The notes below the pieces were generated by a model, which was not told the origin of the DNA, did not search any database, and saw nothing but the letters and a program-made list of their open reading frames with translations. Source: Mobula hypostoma (Eukaryota). Taken from it: 64,000 bases of DNA. Positions 35,700 through 49,092 of this stretch are shown here, one piece after another (the stretch's first letter is position 1; every line of letters starts with the position of its first letter). The translations under genes and the position numbers were made by a program. The DNA lies in the NCBI RefSeq assembly GCF_963921235.1, contig NC_086107.1:99698001-99762000 (forward strand), in the 5' to 3' direction.

Positions 35700-38600
35700 A
35701 CTTCCAAAGCCCAGGGGAAGAGTTTGATGCTTACAAGGTGGAGAGGATAGCACATGTGTACGTGATAGACGTGCTTTCCAGAAAGGGCTTTGGGGAGAGT
35801 GTCAGGAGAAGAATCCAACTATTCTACATGGAAATCAGTGGTGGAGTCCAAATCAGTGGGTTTGAGACAAACAGCTTCCCTGCGAAGGCTGGAACCAGTC
35901 AAGAGGGAGTCCACTGCCCCCCACCTTGCTTCTGTATTGCAGTGTTGCCGAATCCATCAGGAAGAACGAGGGCATAAGAGGGGTGACATGGCCAGGCAGT
36001 GCATGGACGCGAGTCAAAGCATCTTGCTCCATGGAAGATGCCGCCATCTTCTGCTCAGATCCAAGGTCAGGTCACAGATAGGTCGACATCTGTGACTGGT
36101 ATCGGGGACCGGACTTAACCGTAGGAAGAGTGAGGCCATGCTCTTCAGTAACAGGCCCGACTGATCGGGTGTCCCCTTCACTGTCAGGCCGACTATCTGA
36201 AGGTGTCGGGGTTCGGCAGGGCTGAGGTGAGTAACAACAATTGTCTGGAGCAGGTTGAGAAGGTCAAGGAAAAACTGGGTTTGTGGAAATAGCATTCTCT
36301 GTCGGTAACTGGGAAGAACTTGGTTATCAGGCGCGATGTGCTCTCAGGGCTGCTGTACTTGGCCCAGGTGGGCCTGTTCCTTGCTCTTGGTAGTAACCTG
36401 GGACTTTTTCCAGTCTATCTGAGAGACCAAAATAGAGCGATGTCCTGGGTATGACTCTAAACTACAACCAGTGATGAGGCTCTGATTGGGGACTTTCAGT
36501 GCTTTGGGAAAAGTGGAGTTGCCCCTTAGTCATTCATTGCTCCCAGGGCCGCTCTGACCTGGAACAGTAGCACCTGCAAGGGTTCCTGCTCAGGATACGA
36601 GCAAAGGCCAACGGCAGATCCGGCAGGTTCAGTAACTGAACTTATGACGGAGAAGGCAGATGAGCTACGACCTCAAGTGACAACGGCTATAGTACAGGCG
36701 GATGAACACTTGGGAAGAGAAATGGCGCTTTCTTCAGTTCGCCCAACAGTAGGCAGTAGCAAACCGCCGTTGCTTTTTGCTAAGAAAACCACGGTCAAAC
36801 TCACAAAATGTATAACACAACAACAGCGTCAAGAGGATCTTTCAAGACAACTCTGAAGATGTTTCGCTTGGTAGGGTTGATTCTGGTCAGCAGGGGATCC
36901 CCGACCATCATCAAGCTACTGCTCATAAAATTCACGTAACACAAAAGAAAATTATTGCCACTTGGAATGTAAGAACCCTATATCAAGCAGGAAGATTGAA
37001 CAATGTGATAAATGAAATGGAAAGACTAAAAATTAACATCATGGGAATTAGCAAAGTTCGTTGGATAGGTGCTGGAACATGTCAGAATAGAAATAAAACA
37101 CTAATTTATTCTTGTGGAACACCTCATACTAATGGAGTAGGAATTCGTATGGATGAAAACATGACAAAAAGTGTTTTAGGACATTGGGCAATATCAGAAA
37201 GAGTGGTCCTTGTTAAATTCAGAGGGCAACCATTTGATTTAGCAATTATACAGGGATATGCTCCAACAATAGATGGAACAAATGAGGAGATAGATAAATT
37301 CTATGGAGAGCTTGAACAAGCAAAGAATGGATGCAAATCTCAAGATATTGTTATTGTCGTGGGAGATCTAAATGCTAAAGTAGGACAAGGTGCTGATGGA
37401 AATACCATAGGAAAATTTAGGCTAGGGAAAAGAAATGAAAGAGGTGAGAAATGGGTGGAATAGTGCAAGATCATTATGAATACCTACTTTAAAAACCATC
37501 CATGACGCTTGTGGACCTGGAGAAGTCCAGGTGATAACACTAGAAATCAAATTGACTTCATTACTATAAACCAAAGATTTAGAAACTCAGTGACTCAATG
37601 CAAAACATATCCAGGTGCAGACTGTAAGAGTGAACCATAACTCAGTAATATGTCACGTAAAAGTAAAACTTAAAAAACTACAGATGCAAAAACCTGAACA
37701 ATCCCTTGACTATGTGCAATTAATTAAAGAAAACTTAAGGCAAGAATTTACAATTGAAGTAAGGAATAGATTTCAAAGTCTAGAAATAGAATCTGTTGAA
37801 GATGATAGCAATCATGCAGAAATGAAGTTTAACTCTCTGAAGGATGCCTTGGTAGAATCAGCAAAGTCAGTGATTCCTAAGAAAGAAAAAAGCACAAAGA
37901 ATAAATGGATGACAGATGAAATCAAAAATCTAATGGAAGAAAGCAGACCGAAGAAAGCAAATCCTATGGAATATAAATTCTTAGATTAAAAAATTAAAAG
38001 CTTCTATCAAAAAGCCAAAAAACCAGGAATGCGAGCAATTAGAAAGAATCCCTATTACTGATCGAAAAAAGGGTACATAACAAATCTAGAATACCACTGG
38101 TAACTGCCCCTCTGTTCTCCAGGTGGATGTTTGAAAGCAACGAACATGGAAAAAGATGAGATTATAAACAGATGGACTGAGTATATTCAGGAATTATCAT
38201 GGTATATTCAGGTATATTCAGGAATTATCATGGAAAAAAATGAGATTATGAACAGATGGACTGAGTATATTCAGGAGTTGTTTGAAGACGATCGAGGCGA
38301 AAAATCAGAAATTAAGAAGAAAATTGAAGGTCCAAGTATTTTAAAATCTGAAGTTCGTAATGCAATAAATAAGATGAAGAAAGGAAAGGCAGCAGGTCCT
38401 GATGAATTAGCAATAGAACAAATTATCGCCCTTGAAGATTATGGAATTGAAAAACTTACTGATTTAATCAATGACATTTATGAGACTGGAATAATACCAG
38501 AAGAGATGAAAACATCAGTATTTATCACTCTTCTTAAGAAACCTGGAGCAATAGAACGTGAATTACATAGGACCATAAGTTTAATGAGTCTTATCACTAA

Positions 38601-40310
38601 GATACTTCTAAGAATTTTGATGAAAAGAGCTAAAAGTAAGATACAAGCTGAAATAGGTAAAGAACAATGTGGTTTTGTCAAAGACAAAGGTACAAGAAAC
38701 GCAATATTGATGTTAAGGATACTATCAGAACGAGCTATTCAAGTGCAAAAAGATTTGTTTGTTTCTTTTATCGACTATACAAAAGCATTTGATTAAGTGA
38801 AGCACAATAAGTTATTTGAAATATCACAGAAAACTCTTGATCTAGATTCGAAAGACCTCCGCCTAATTAGAAATCTTTACTGGAAACAAACTGCCGCTGT
38901 AAGAATAGATGGAGAAGTAAGTCAGTTTACGAAAATCAAGAGAGGCATTAGACAAGGGTGTGTTTTCTCCCCTGATTTATTTAATGTGTACAGTGAGACA
39001 ATATTACAAAAAATAAGAGACATCTTGGGAATCAAAGTTGGCGGTGAAAACATCAGTAATTTCAGATATGCAGATGACACTGTGTTAATTGCAAGTACGG
39101 AGGAAGAACTACAAAACTTAATTGATATAGTTGTTGAAAAAAGTGCAAAAATGGGTCTATCTATCAATCGCAAAAAGACAGAACATATGGGAATATCCAA
39201 AAAGAAGGAGAATCCTATCTGCAGGCTGAGAATAAATGGGGAAGACGTAAAACAAGTACAAAACTTTTGCTACTTAGGAAGCTGGGTGACATCAGATGGC
39301 AGGTGCGACATGGACATCAAAAGAAGAATAGGGATGGCAAAAGACACCTTTACAAGAATGATAAATATACTGACCAATACTAAGCTGAGCATGACAACCC
39401 GTCTCAGAGTACTGAAATGTTACGTTTATCCAGTTATGTTATGTGGCTCAGAATGTTGGACAATATCTAGTAACATGAGGAAACGAATTGAAGCAGCAGA
39501 GATGTGGTTTTTGAGGAGGATGCAAAGAATATCATGGACGAAACGAATATCTAACGAGGATGTCATGAACAGAGCAAGCACAAAAAGAGAAATAATGTAT
39601 TAGATCATGAGAAGGCAACGTAAATTCATTAGACATGTGATTAGGAAAGATGAGTTAGAATGCACGGTAATTATGGGAAAGATTGAAGGGAAGAAAGCAA
39701 GAGGAAGGCAAAGACAAATGATGATGGAGACAGCAGCCAGAGAACTGGAAATGAATACCAATGAATTGATCCACTTGACCCGAAACAGGAGTGTGTGGGC
39801 CATGGCAGTCAAAGCTCAAACTGGGCACGGCACCTGATGATGATGATGAATATAGAGCGAGTCCGACAGGCCACGAAGCACAATTCCCCTGAGAATGGCA
39901 GAAGTGTACCGAATGTTGCCCTCATTCCAATGACCACCTTCATGTGTGGCCATATCAGATGGTGTGTGGACCTAAGTTACATGGGCACCAAGTATCACTA
40001 TACACCCAGGGGTTCTATCAGACCCCAGTGCAGCGAAGGATGGGTCCTGCCCTGTTGCCGCGCAACATCCCAGTTAGCTGGACATTGGCACGCTACCTGC
40101 CTTTCGTGCAAGTGTTCTTCCGAGCAAGCACTTTGACTGCAGGTCTATCAGGCAGTGGTCTGCATGGAACACCCTGCAGAGGTGCACCCGATGGACACGG
40201 TTCCCTGTGCAGACTGTCCAGACCATATGGCAAAATGCCTCATGGTCAAACTTCACCAACAAGCAACAAGACCTCACTTGGGTGGTGGCGAGGGGGCCAA
40301 GGTTTAGAAG
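35700..40310 (+). mobile_element. Old L1/Tx1-like LINE remnant split by an RTE insertion
   Basis: RT-like HVYVIDVLSRKGFGESVRRRIQLFY at 35738. The reading TKIER|VRQATKHNSPENGRSVPNVALI continues across the insertion. Boundaries approximate. Confidence 0.6.
36441..39848 (+). mobile_element. Apparently full-length RTE-clade LINE with a disrupted APE-RT ORF
   Basis: IATWNVRTL, VGDLNAKVG, FIDYTKAFD, GIRQGCVFSP, FRYADDTVL, a (TGA)n tail, and a 12-bp TSD with one mismatch (AAAATAGAGCGA 36429-36440, AATATAGAGCGA 39849-39860). Confidence 0.92.
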
Positions 40311-42052
40311 CTTGGTGATTAATAGAGAGACATCTGTTACCACAAGGTCCAACACAAGCTCAAAGGACAGTACCTTGTGTTCTGTCTTTGCACGTTGCAG
40401 ACTGTTGGACTTAATGTTAAACTCCATGACATCAGTTAGCTACTTTTTCTACCTGTATCATGTAACTCTGGAACCCAGTAGGACTCTCAGCTCCTCGTGT
40501 CTTTCCTACCATTCAATAAGATTGTCTGATTATGAGAGACTGAGACTATGTAATGAGGGCAGAGGGGACATCTTTGAAAGGATATGGGGCCCTGTATTGG
40601 ACTTTCTTACAGGGTGAGGACTGAGGTTTTTTGGTGAGGTACACCTCTGCTGTGTATGTTTACTTTTGCCTTTGTATTTTTCTCCCTTTTGCTGCTCAAT
40701 ATTTAATTTGATTTTGTTAAGGTCGTGGTTTTTGTGGATGTGCTGTATTTTTTTTTGTTTTTTTGTTTTTTTTTAAAATATAAAAAAAGAAGATTGTCTG
40801 ATTATAAGCTCAGCTATGTATCCCCCTCTACTTCAGAAGGCTAAGGAAATTCTGCATATTCTCAGTGACTCTCATCAATTTCTTCAGATGCACCATAGAA
40901 AGCATCCCAGTCACGGCAACTGCTCTACCCAAGACTGCATAAAATTGCAGAGCACTGTGGACTCGGCCCAATCCGTCACCAAAACCAGACTCCCCTCCAT
41001 GGACTCTGTCTACAGCTCTCCCTGCCTTGGTGGAGCAGTCAACATAATCAAAGACCCCACCCACCCCGGACAGTCTCTCTTCTCACTCCTCCCATCGGGC
41101 AGAAGATACGAAAGCCTGAAAGCACGTACCCACCAGGCTCATGGACAAATTCCCGTCCTGCTGCTGTTAAACTCTCGGACGGGGACCTCGTGTGCAGCAA
41201 AGAAAAAGATCAGCTTGAATTGCCACCTGTGCATTGAAGTGCCGCGGAAGACGCGCTTCGCTTGCACCAACGACCGGCACAGTTCGCGGACGCAAGTGCC
41301 GCCACGCTGCCAACATCAACGTAGCATGCCCACTGTTTTCCAATCCTGTTACGCCTTTGGAATGTGGGAGGAAACCAGAGCACTTGGAGGAGACCCGCTG
41401 GTCACGGGGAGAAACAAACATGTGACAGATAAAGTACAAACTTAGAACTAACAGTGGTGGGATTGCACGCGGATTTCTGGAACTGAACAGCATTGCGCTA
41501 GCCGCCATACCACTGCTACTCTTGGCTTCTTGGTGTAACTCGTTGTGGCTCTTGGACCGTACTGCCTGGCTGCACCGCTTCTACCCGCTGGGGCAGGTAT
41601 TCTACACGGATGATATGAACTGAGGTCAACTCTACGATTCCAAGGACAATAAAGTTATATGGTGCAAGACGTCAAACCGGTCTCACTTTTGTCGCCCATC
41701 TCCTTTCCTGATGGGATTGCCATATTTAGGGAGGTGGCTGTGAAGTTGATCCCTGATGCCAGGCGTCCAAATAGACGAGTTCATCTATTGCAGCCTTCAG
41801 TTGCTGCATTCTATCCACTACCCCAAGTGTGTATGATCAATTGCAAGCAGCAGCTATGCTGTGGTACAGTCATGGCAAATTAGTCAACCATCACATCTCA
41901 TGTTCGTGGTGAGTGGGAGGTCAGAATATGTCACAGTGAATACTATGTCTGTAGCAGACCATTTTGCATTGGATTTCATTGTCTTGGGATGTAGACACTA
42001 TATTCTGCATTCTGTTACTGTTTTTCTTTCTGTATGACCTTGCTGTACTGAT

Positions 42053-42507
42053 AAGACCATAAGACATAAGAACAGAGTTAGGCCATTTGGCCCATCGAGT
42101 CTGCTCCCCCATTCAATCATGGCTGATCTTTCTTTTCTCCTTCTCAGCCCCAATTCCCAGCCTTCTTCCCATAACCTTTGATGCTGTGTCCAATCAAGAA
42201 CCTATCAAGCTCTGCCTTAAATACACCCAACAACCTGGCCTCCACAGCTGCCAGTAGTAACAAATTCCACAAATTCACCACCCTCTGGCTAAAGAAATTT
42301 CTCCACATCTCTGTTTTAAATGGACACCCCTCTATCCTGAGGTTGTGCCCTCTTGTCCTAGACTCCCTCACCATGGGAAACATCCTTTCCTACTCTGTTT
42401 AGGCCTTTCAACATTCGAAAGGTTTCAGTGAGATCCCCCCCTCATCCTTCTGAATTCCAAGGAGTACAGACCCAGAGCCATCAAACGTTCCTCGTATGAT
42501 AACCCTT
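42053..42507 (-). mobile_element. CR1 3' fragment
   Basis: MFPMVRESRTRGHNLRI...FFSQRVVNLWN plus tail. Confidence 0.8.
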
Positions 42508-44360
42508 TCATTGCCAGAATGGTAGCTGTGAGAAAGGAGCATGGCCTGAGTGATGAGGATCTTTGATGATGGATGCTGCTTTTCTATGGTAGTGTTTCAT
42601 GTAGATGTAGTCAATGGTTGGGAGGGTTTTACCCGTGATGTACTGGGCTGAATCCACCACCTTTTGAAGGATTTTCCATTCAAAGGCATTGGCGTTCCCG
42701 TACCAGGCAGTAACGCATCCAGTCAGCACACTTTCCACCACACATCTGTAGGAGTTTGCCAAGGTTTTTGATGATATGCTAAATCTCCGCAGACTCCTGA
42801 GGACTAGAGGTGCTGTTGTGCTTTCTCTGCAATTATATTTATATGATGCGTCCATGACAGGTCCTCTGAGTTAGTGACTCCCAGGAAGTTAAAGTTACTG
42901 ACCCTCTCCACCTCTGATCCTTGAGGATTACTGGCTCATGGACCTCTGGTTTCCCTCTCCTGAAGTCTACAATCAGTTCCTTGGTCTTATCGACATTGAG
43001 TGAGAGGTTGTTGTTATTACATCACTCAGCCAAATTTTCAGTCTCCTTCCTGTATGCTGATTCACCAACCCCTTTGATACGGCCCACAACAGTGGTGTCG
43101 TCAGGAAATGTGTATGGTGTTGGAGCTGTACTTAGACACACAGTCACAGGTGTAAAGTGAGTAGAGCTGGGGGGTCAAGTATATATCCCAGCGGGGCTCC
43201 TGAGCTGATGGAGATTGTGGAGGAGATGTTTCTGCCATTCTGAACTGACTGGAGTCGACAAGTGAGAAAATCCAGGATCCAGTTGCACAAGGCGGTATTG
43301 AAGTCCAGGTCTTGGAGTGCCACTAGGTGATAGTCATTTAGACAGGTTACCACACTTTTCCAGAATACCGGTACGATTGAAGCTTACTTGAAGCAGATGG
43401 TTCTACACACTGCCGGCGTGAGAAGTTGAAGATATCCATGAATACCAGCCAGTTGGTCAGCACAGATCTTCAGTACTCGGCCAGGTACTCTGTCCAGACC
43501 GGATGTTTTCCTCGGATTCACTCTCTTGGATGCATGTCATCTTCAGATACTGAGACCAAAGAATCATCAGGAGACATGGGGATGCGTGATGGTCCCTCCC
43601 TGTTCTGGTGGTCAAAGCGAGAATACAAGGCATTGAGCTCATCTGGAAGTGAAGCTCTGCTGTCCTCTATGTTGCAAGATTTAACTTTGTAGAAGTTTAT
43701 GACATTCAAACCCCACCACAGCTATCAAGCGTCCCTCACTGATTCCAGTCTAGTCCTGAATCTCCATTTTGCCCAAGAGATGGCTTTCCGGAGATCATAC
43801 CTGCACCTCTTCTGGTGTCCGTGATCTCCAGGCTTGAATGCCTCTGACCTGGCTCTCAGCAGGTTCTGGATTTCATTGTTCATTCAGGGCCCCTGAACGA
43901 TTTTGTGAGGACACACTCATCCATAGCTGTTTTAATAAAGTCTGTAACCACCCTGGTGTAAACATTAATGTCTTCAGATGAGTTCTTGAACATGGCCCAG
44001 TCCACTGACTCAAGGCAATCTTGTAACTGTTCCTCAGCATTCTGCAAACATTTCTTAGTCGTCTTGATCTCTTGAGCTTTGCTGTTTCGGCTCTGACTGT
44101 ATACAGGTGGGAGTAGAGTCAAATGATCCGACTTGCCAAAATGCGGTTTTGGGAAGGAACAATAGGCATTCCTTATCGTAATGTAGTAGTGGTTTAGTCT
44201 GTTGGGACCACTGGAGGAACAAGTTACATGCTAGTGAAAATTGTGTAGGGTTTTCTTTAAACAGACCTGGTTAAAGTCACCGACTATCATTTGAACTGTG
44301 TCAGGATGGGCTGTTTCTTGCCTGCAGACAATATTGTTCAGTTTCGCAAGTGCTTACATC
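42508..44360 (-). mobile_element. Degenerate Rex1/Babar-like LINE
   Basis: LQDCLESVDWAMFK, LPDELNALYSRF, LCNWILDFLT and CVVESVLTGCVTAWYGN fragments. Confidence 0.75.
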
Positions 44361-46699
44361 TATCATCTTCTGGGACATTCATCTAAGTCTTTTCCCATGG
44401 AATTTCACTTTCCACATTCACCAGCTATCAATTGCAAGTCCAGTAGTGTGTAGGTTTTATTGCCTGAAGTCTTGTTCTTATTTTAGTTATTCCATGATGA
44501 TGCTATCCAGAATTTCATAACCCCAGAATGACGTCTAACACTGCTTATATAACACTATGTCTACGAAGCTGCTGCAGTTAAGTTTTTGACTGCATCTGTG
44601 TATACACGTGCTTATGCATGACAATAAACTTTGACCTTGAGATGGGTTATGACCTGGAACATTCACTCTGTTTCTCTCCCCACAGACGCCGCCTGACCTG
44701 CCGAGTGTTTCTGTTTTCATTTAAGCTTGGTGGGGGGAGACTTTTTTATCTACTTAGAACAGGCACTTCCGGCCCTTCAAGCCACACTGCCCAGCAACCC
44801 ATCGATTTAACACCCACCCCCCAGCCTAATCACAGGACAATTTACGATGACCAATTAACTTAATAACTGGTACATTTTTTGGACTGTGGGAGGAAACTGG
44901 AGCATCCGGAGCAAACCCACACACTCACGGGAATGACAGACTAACTTCTCATAAAGGTCACCGGAATTGAACTCTGAACTCCGATGCCCTGGGCGGTAAA
45001 AGCTTTGTGCTATCTGCTACACTACTGTGATACCGCGTAGTTAGAGACGGATAAGACCTTGATTCATTTAGAGCAGGGAGACAGAGGGTGACTGTTCCAA
45101 CTAGTCATTTATTCAAGGACCCAGGACACAGATTTAAACTGTTAAGAAAAAGATGCAAGGACGATTTGATGAAAATCTTCCTCATTGTTCATAGTTCAAG
45201 TATAATTGTCATTCAACTATACATGAATACCCATATACACAAGCAAACCAAGCAGCATTACTCTGGGGTCAAGGTACAAAACACAGTACCAACAGTCATA
45301 CACAGCACAAAGCACATATAAGAGATCAATAAAAAAATAGTCCAAGACCCTGAGTCCATAACTGATGCAGCAGTCTGCAATCGAACACAATACAGCTTGC
45401 CTTCTGCCAGGCAAACACTGGGGGGCAGCACCGACTCCTGTTTGGACTCCACACCACACCATCTCCGGTGTAGCTCACCGACTCTGACGCCTCGCTCCTG
45501 GGCAGCTGTAAACAGGTGACACTGCAGCTTGTGGCCCAGTCCTCACTACAGTTGAGGCTACGCGGCTCCCCTGCGCCCGCCAATAAATCCGTGAATCGGA
45601 CTTGTAGCGTTCCACATTAACAATGTGCAACAGGGTCTTGCGACCACAAGAAAAGTGACTAAGACAATTACGCGTTGCTAGACTGCACACCTTCTTTGCA
45701 CACCTCCACCTTCTTCAGTCCAGCCTCTTCAGTTTTTCCACCAAGGAGCAACTCGCTGATCTACAGTGCTTCATGTTCTTACTGTCCAGCATGGTCTTGC
45801 GATCATAAATAATACACTTAAGATGGCAAATAGCACCTTTGGATGACCCCGAAGAACGCGCTGCCACCTTACCAGACAGTAAGGTCATGTGGACAGTAGT
45901 TCAGATCTGGGATTCACCGTGAGGGGTGTGGTAAATTGAAGCTTTGTTTTCAAAGGGGAATTAAAGCAGAAGCAGGCCTTTCGGCCCTTTGAGCTTGCAC
46001 TGTAATCACCAAGATCACTTTTTTATCATTTTCCAACATGATTTCTGGAATTGGACTGTACTGAAGGGAACCTTGTCAACTTCTCAAGGTGATTGAGGGA
46101 TGGACGATAAATATTAAATAAAGAAATGTTGGCCCACACTCTCAAAAAGGAATTTTAAAACTGAGGGACAATAATTTGGCGGGAGGTGGCGGATGATTGT
46201 GAAGGAGAGAACCTCACCAGCAGCTGCAGACATCAGATGGGCCGGATGGGATACTCCTGCCCTTGACAGGCTTAGTGTACAGTATTCAGTGCTCAATACA
46301 GCCATCTGCTGGCCACCTCTGGTATGTCAAGCCCAACAGAAATTTCTACTGTTAAAAGCCCTGCCCAAGGGTTTTGGCCCAAAACGTCGACTGTACTTTT
46401 TTCCATAGATGCTGCCTGGTCTGCTGAATTCCTTCAGCATTTTGTGTGTGTTACTTAGTAATTTCTAAATTCTGCTCAGACTGTAGAAAGTTCAAGTTTA
46501 CTGACACCTGGGTTTACATATGAAACATATGAAACAGTGTTTCTCCACACCATTATGCAAACACAATACGTTTATCACACACAGCACATTAAATATTGCC
46601 ACAAATATGTTAATTAAAATAAATTCAAAATGCTTGTGAACTCCCTGCCACATCCCATTCGCAGTGTCACTGGTTAACTTGTTCTGTGCCCGACAATAT

Positions 46700-48356
46700 T
46701 TAATTGAAGCAACACACATAAAAGTTGCTGGTGAACGCAGCAGGCCAGACAACATCTCTAGGAAGAGGTACAGTCGACGTTTCAGGCCGAGACCCTTCGT
46801 CAGGACTAACTGAAGGAAGAGTGAGTAAGGGATTTGAAAGTTGGAGGGGGAGGGGGAGATCCAAAATGATAGGAGGAGGGGGAGGGATGGAGCCAAGAGC
46901 TGGACAGGTGATAGGCAAAAGGGATATGAGAGGATCATGGGACAGGAGGTCTGGGAAGAAAGACAAGGGGGGGGGAACCCAGAGGATGGTCAAGGGGTAT
47001 ATTCAGAGGGACAGAGGGAGAAAAAGGAGAGTGAGAGAAAGAATGTGTGTATAAAAATAAGTAACAGATGGGGTACGAGGGGGAGGTGAGGCATTAGCAG
47101 AAGTCAGAGAAGTCAATGTTCATGCCATCAGGTTGGAGGCTACCCAGATGGAATATAAGGTGTTGTTCCTCCAACCTGAGTGTGGCTTCATCTTTACAGT
47201 AGAGGAGGCCATGGATAGACATGTCAGAATGGGAATGGGATGTGGAATTAAAATGTGTGGCCACTGGGAGATCCTGCTTTCTCTGGCGGACAGAGCGTAG
47301 GTGTTCAGCAAAGAGGTCTCCCAGTCTGCGTCGGGTCTCGCCAATATATAAAAGGCCACATCGGGAGCACCGGACGCAGTATATCACCCCAGCCAACTCA
47401 CAGGTGAAGTGTTGCCTCACCTGGAAGGACTGTTTGGAGCCCTGAATGGTGGTAAGGGAGGAAGTGTAAGGGCATGTGTAGCACTTGTTCCGCTTACACG
47501 GATAAGTGCCAGGAGGGAGATCAGTGGGGAGGGATGGGGGGGACAAATGGACAAGGGAGTTGTGTAGGGAGCGATCCCTGCGGAATGCAGAGGTGGGGGG
47601 GAGGGAAAGATGTGCTTAGTGGTGGGATCCCATTGGAGGTGGCGGAAGTGACGGAGAATAATATGTTGGACCCGGAGGCTGGTGGGGTGGTAGGTGAGGA
47701 CCAGGGGAACCCAATTCCTAGTTGGGTGGCGGAAGGATGGAGTGTGAGCAGATGTACGTGAAATGGGGGAGATGCGTTTAAGAGCAGAGTTGATAGTGGA
47801 GGAAGGGAAGCCCCTTTCTTTAAAAAAGGACATCTCCCTCGTCCTGGAATGAAAAGCCTCATCCTGAGAGCAGATGCGGCGGAGACGGAGGAATTGCGAG
47901 AAGGGGATGGCGTTTTTGCAAGAGACAGAGTGAGAAGAGGAATAGTCCAGATAGCTGTGAGAGTCAGTAGGCTTATAGTAGACATCAGTGGATAAGCTGT
48001 CTCCAGAGACGGAGACAGAAAGATCTAGAAAGGGGAGGGAGGTGTCGGAAATGGACCAGGTAAACTTGAGGGCAGGGTGAAAGTTGGAGGCAAAGTTAAT
48101 AAAGTCAATGAGCTGTGCATGCGTGCAGGAAGCAGCGCCAATACAGTCGTCATTGTAGCGAAGGAAAAGTGGGGGACAGATACCAGAATAGGCACGGAAC
48201 ATAGATTGTTCCACAAAGCCAACAAAAAGACAGGCATAGCTAGGACCCATACGGGTGCCCATAGCTACACCTTTAGTTTGGAGGAAGTGGGAGGAGCCAA
48301 AGGAGAAATTATTAAGAGTAAGGACTAATTCCGCTAGACGGAGCAGAGTGGTGGTA
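46700..48356 (-). mobile_element. Penelope-like element (RT plus GIY-YIG endonuclease), 5' truncated and frameshifted
   Basis: GVAMGTRMGPSYACLF, FLRYNDD, LPFLDL and GVIYCVRCSRCGLLYIGETRRRL, plus a 3' terminal repeat region. Confidence 0.92.
46771..46808 (-). ncRNA. Minimal type I hammerhead ribozyme motif in the Penelope terminal repeat
   Basis: UAGUC-CUGACGA-AGG(gucucgg)CCU-GAAA-CG-UC-GACUG: intact core, stems I and II pair, and stem III is a palindromic ACGU. Confidence 0.7.
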
Positions 48357-48404
48357 ATATTTAATTGACTTTGTTTATTCATGTGCAATTCATTTGTAGA
48401 TTTT

Positions 48405-49092
48405 AGAGACATAGAAACAGAAAACCTACAGCACAGTACAGGCCCTTCAGCCCATAAAGCTGTGCCAAACATGTCCTTACCTTAGAACTACCTAGACTTA
48501 CCCATAGCCCTCTATTTTTCTAAGCTCCATGTAGCCATCCAGGAGTCTCTTAAAAGACTCTATCGTTTCCACCTCCACCACCACCGCCGGCAGCCCATTC
48601 CACACACTCACCACACTCTGTGCAAAAAAATTACCCCTGATATCTCCTCTGTACCGAATTCCAAGCACTTTAAAACTATGCCCTCTCATGCTAGCCATTT
48701 CAGCCCGGGGGAAAAGCCTCTGACTATCTGCACAGTCAATGCCTCTCATCATCTTATACACCTCTATCAGGTCACCTCTCATCCTCCATCACTCCAAGGA
48801 GAAAAGGCCGAGTTCACTCAACCTACACTCATAAGGCATGCTCCCCAATCCAGGCAACATCCTTGTAAATCTCCTCTGCACCCTTTCTATGGTTTCCACG
48901 TCCCTCCTGTAGTGAGGCGACCAGAATTGAGCGCAGTACTCCAAGTGGGATCTGACCAGGGTCCAATATAGCCGCAACATTACCTCTCGGCTCCTAAACT
49001 CAACCCCACGGTTGATGAAGGACAATGCAGCTTTGAGTATCCTATGGACTTGGACCCCAAGATCCCTCTGATCCTCCACACTGCCAAGAGTC
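48405..49092 (-). mobile_element. CR1 3' fragment
   Basis: LVRSHLEYCAQFWSPHYRRDVETIERVQRRFTRMLPG and RGDLIEVYKMMRG. Confidence 0.85.
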
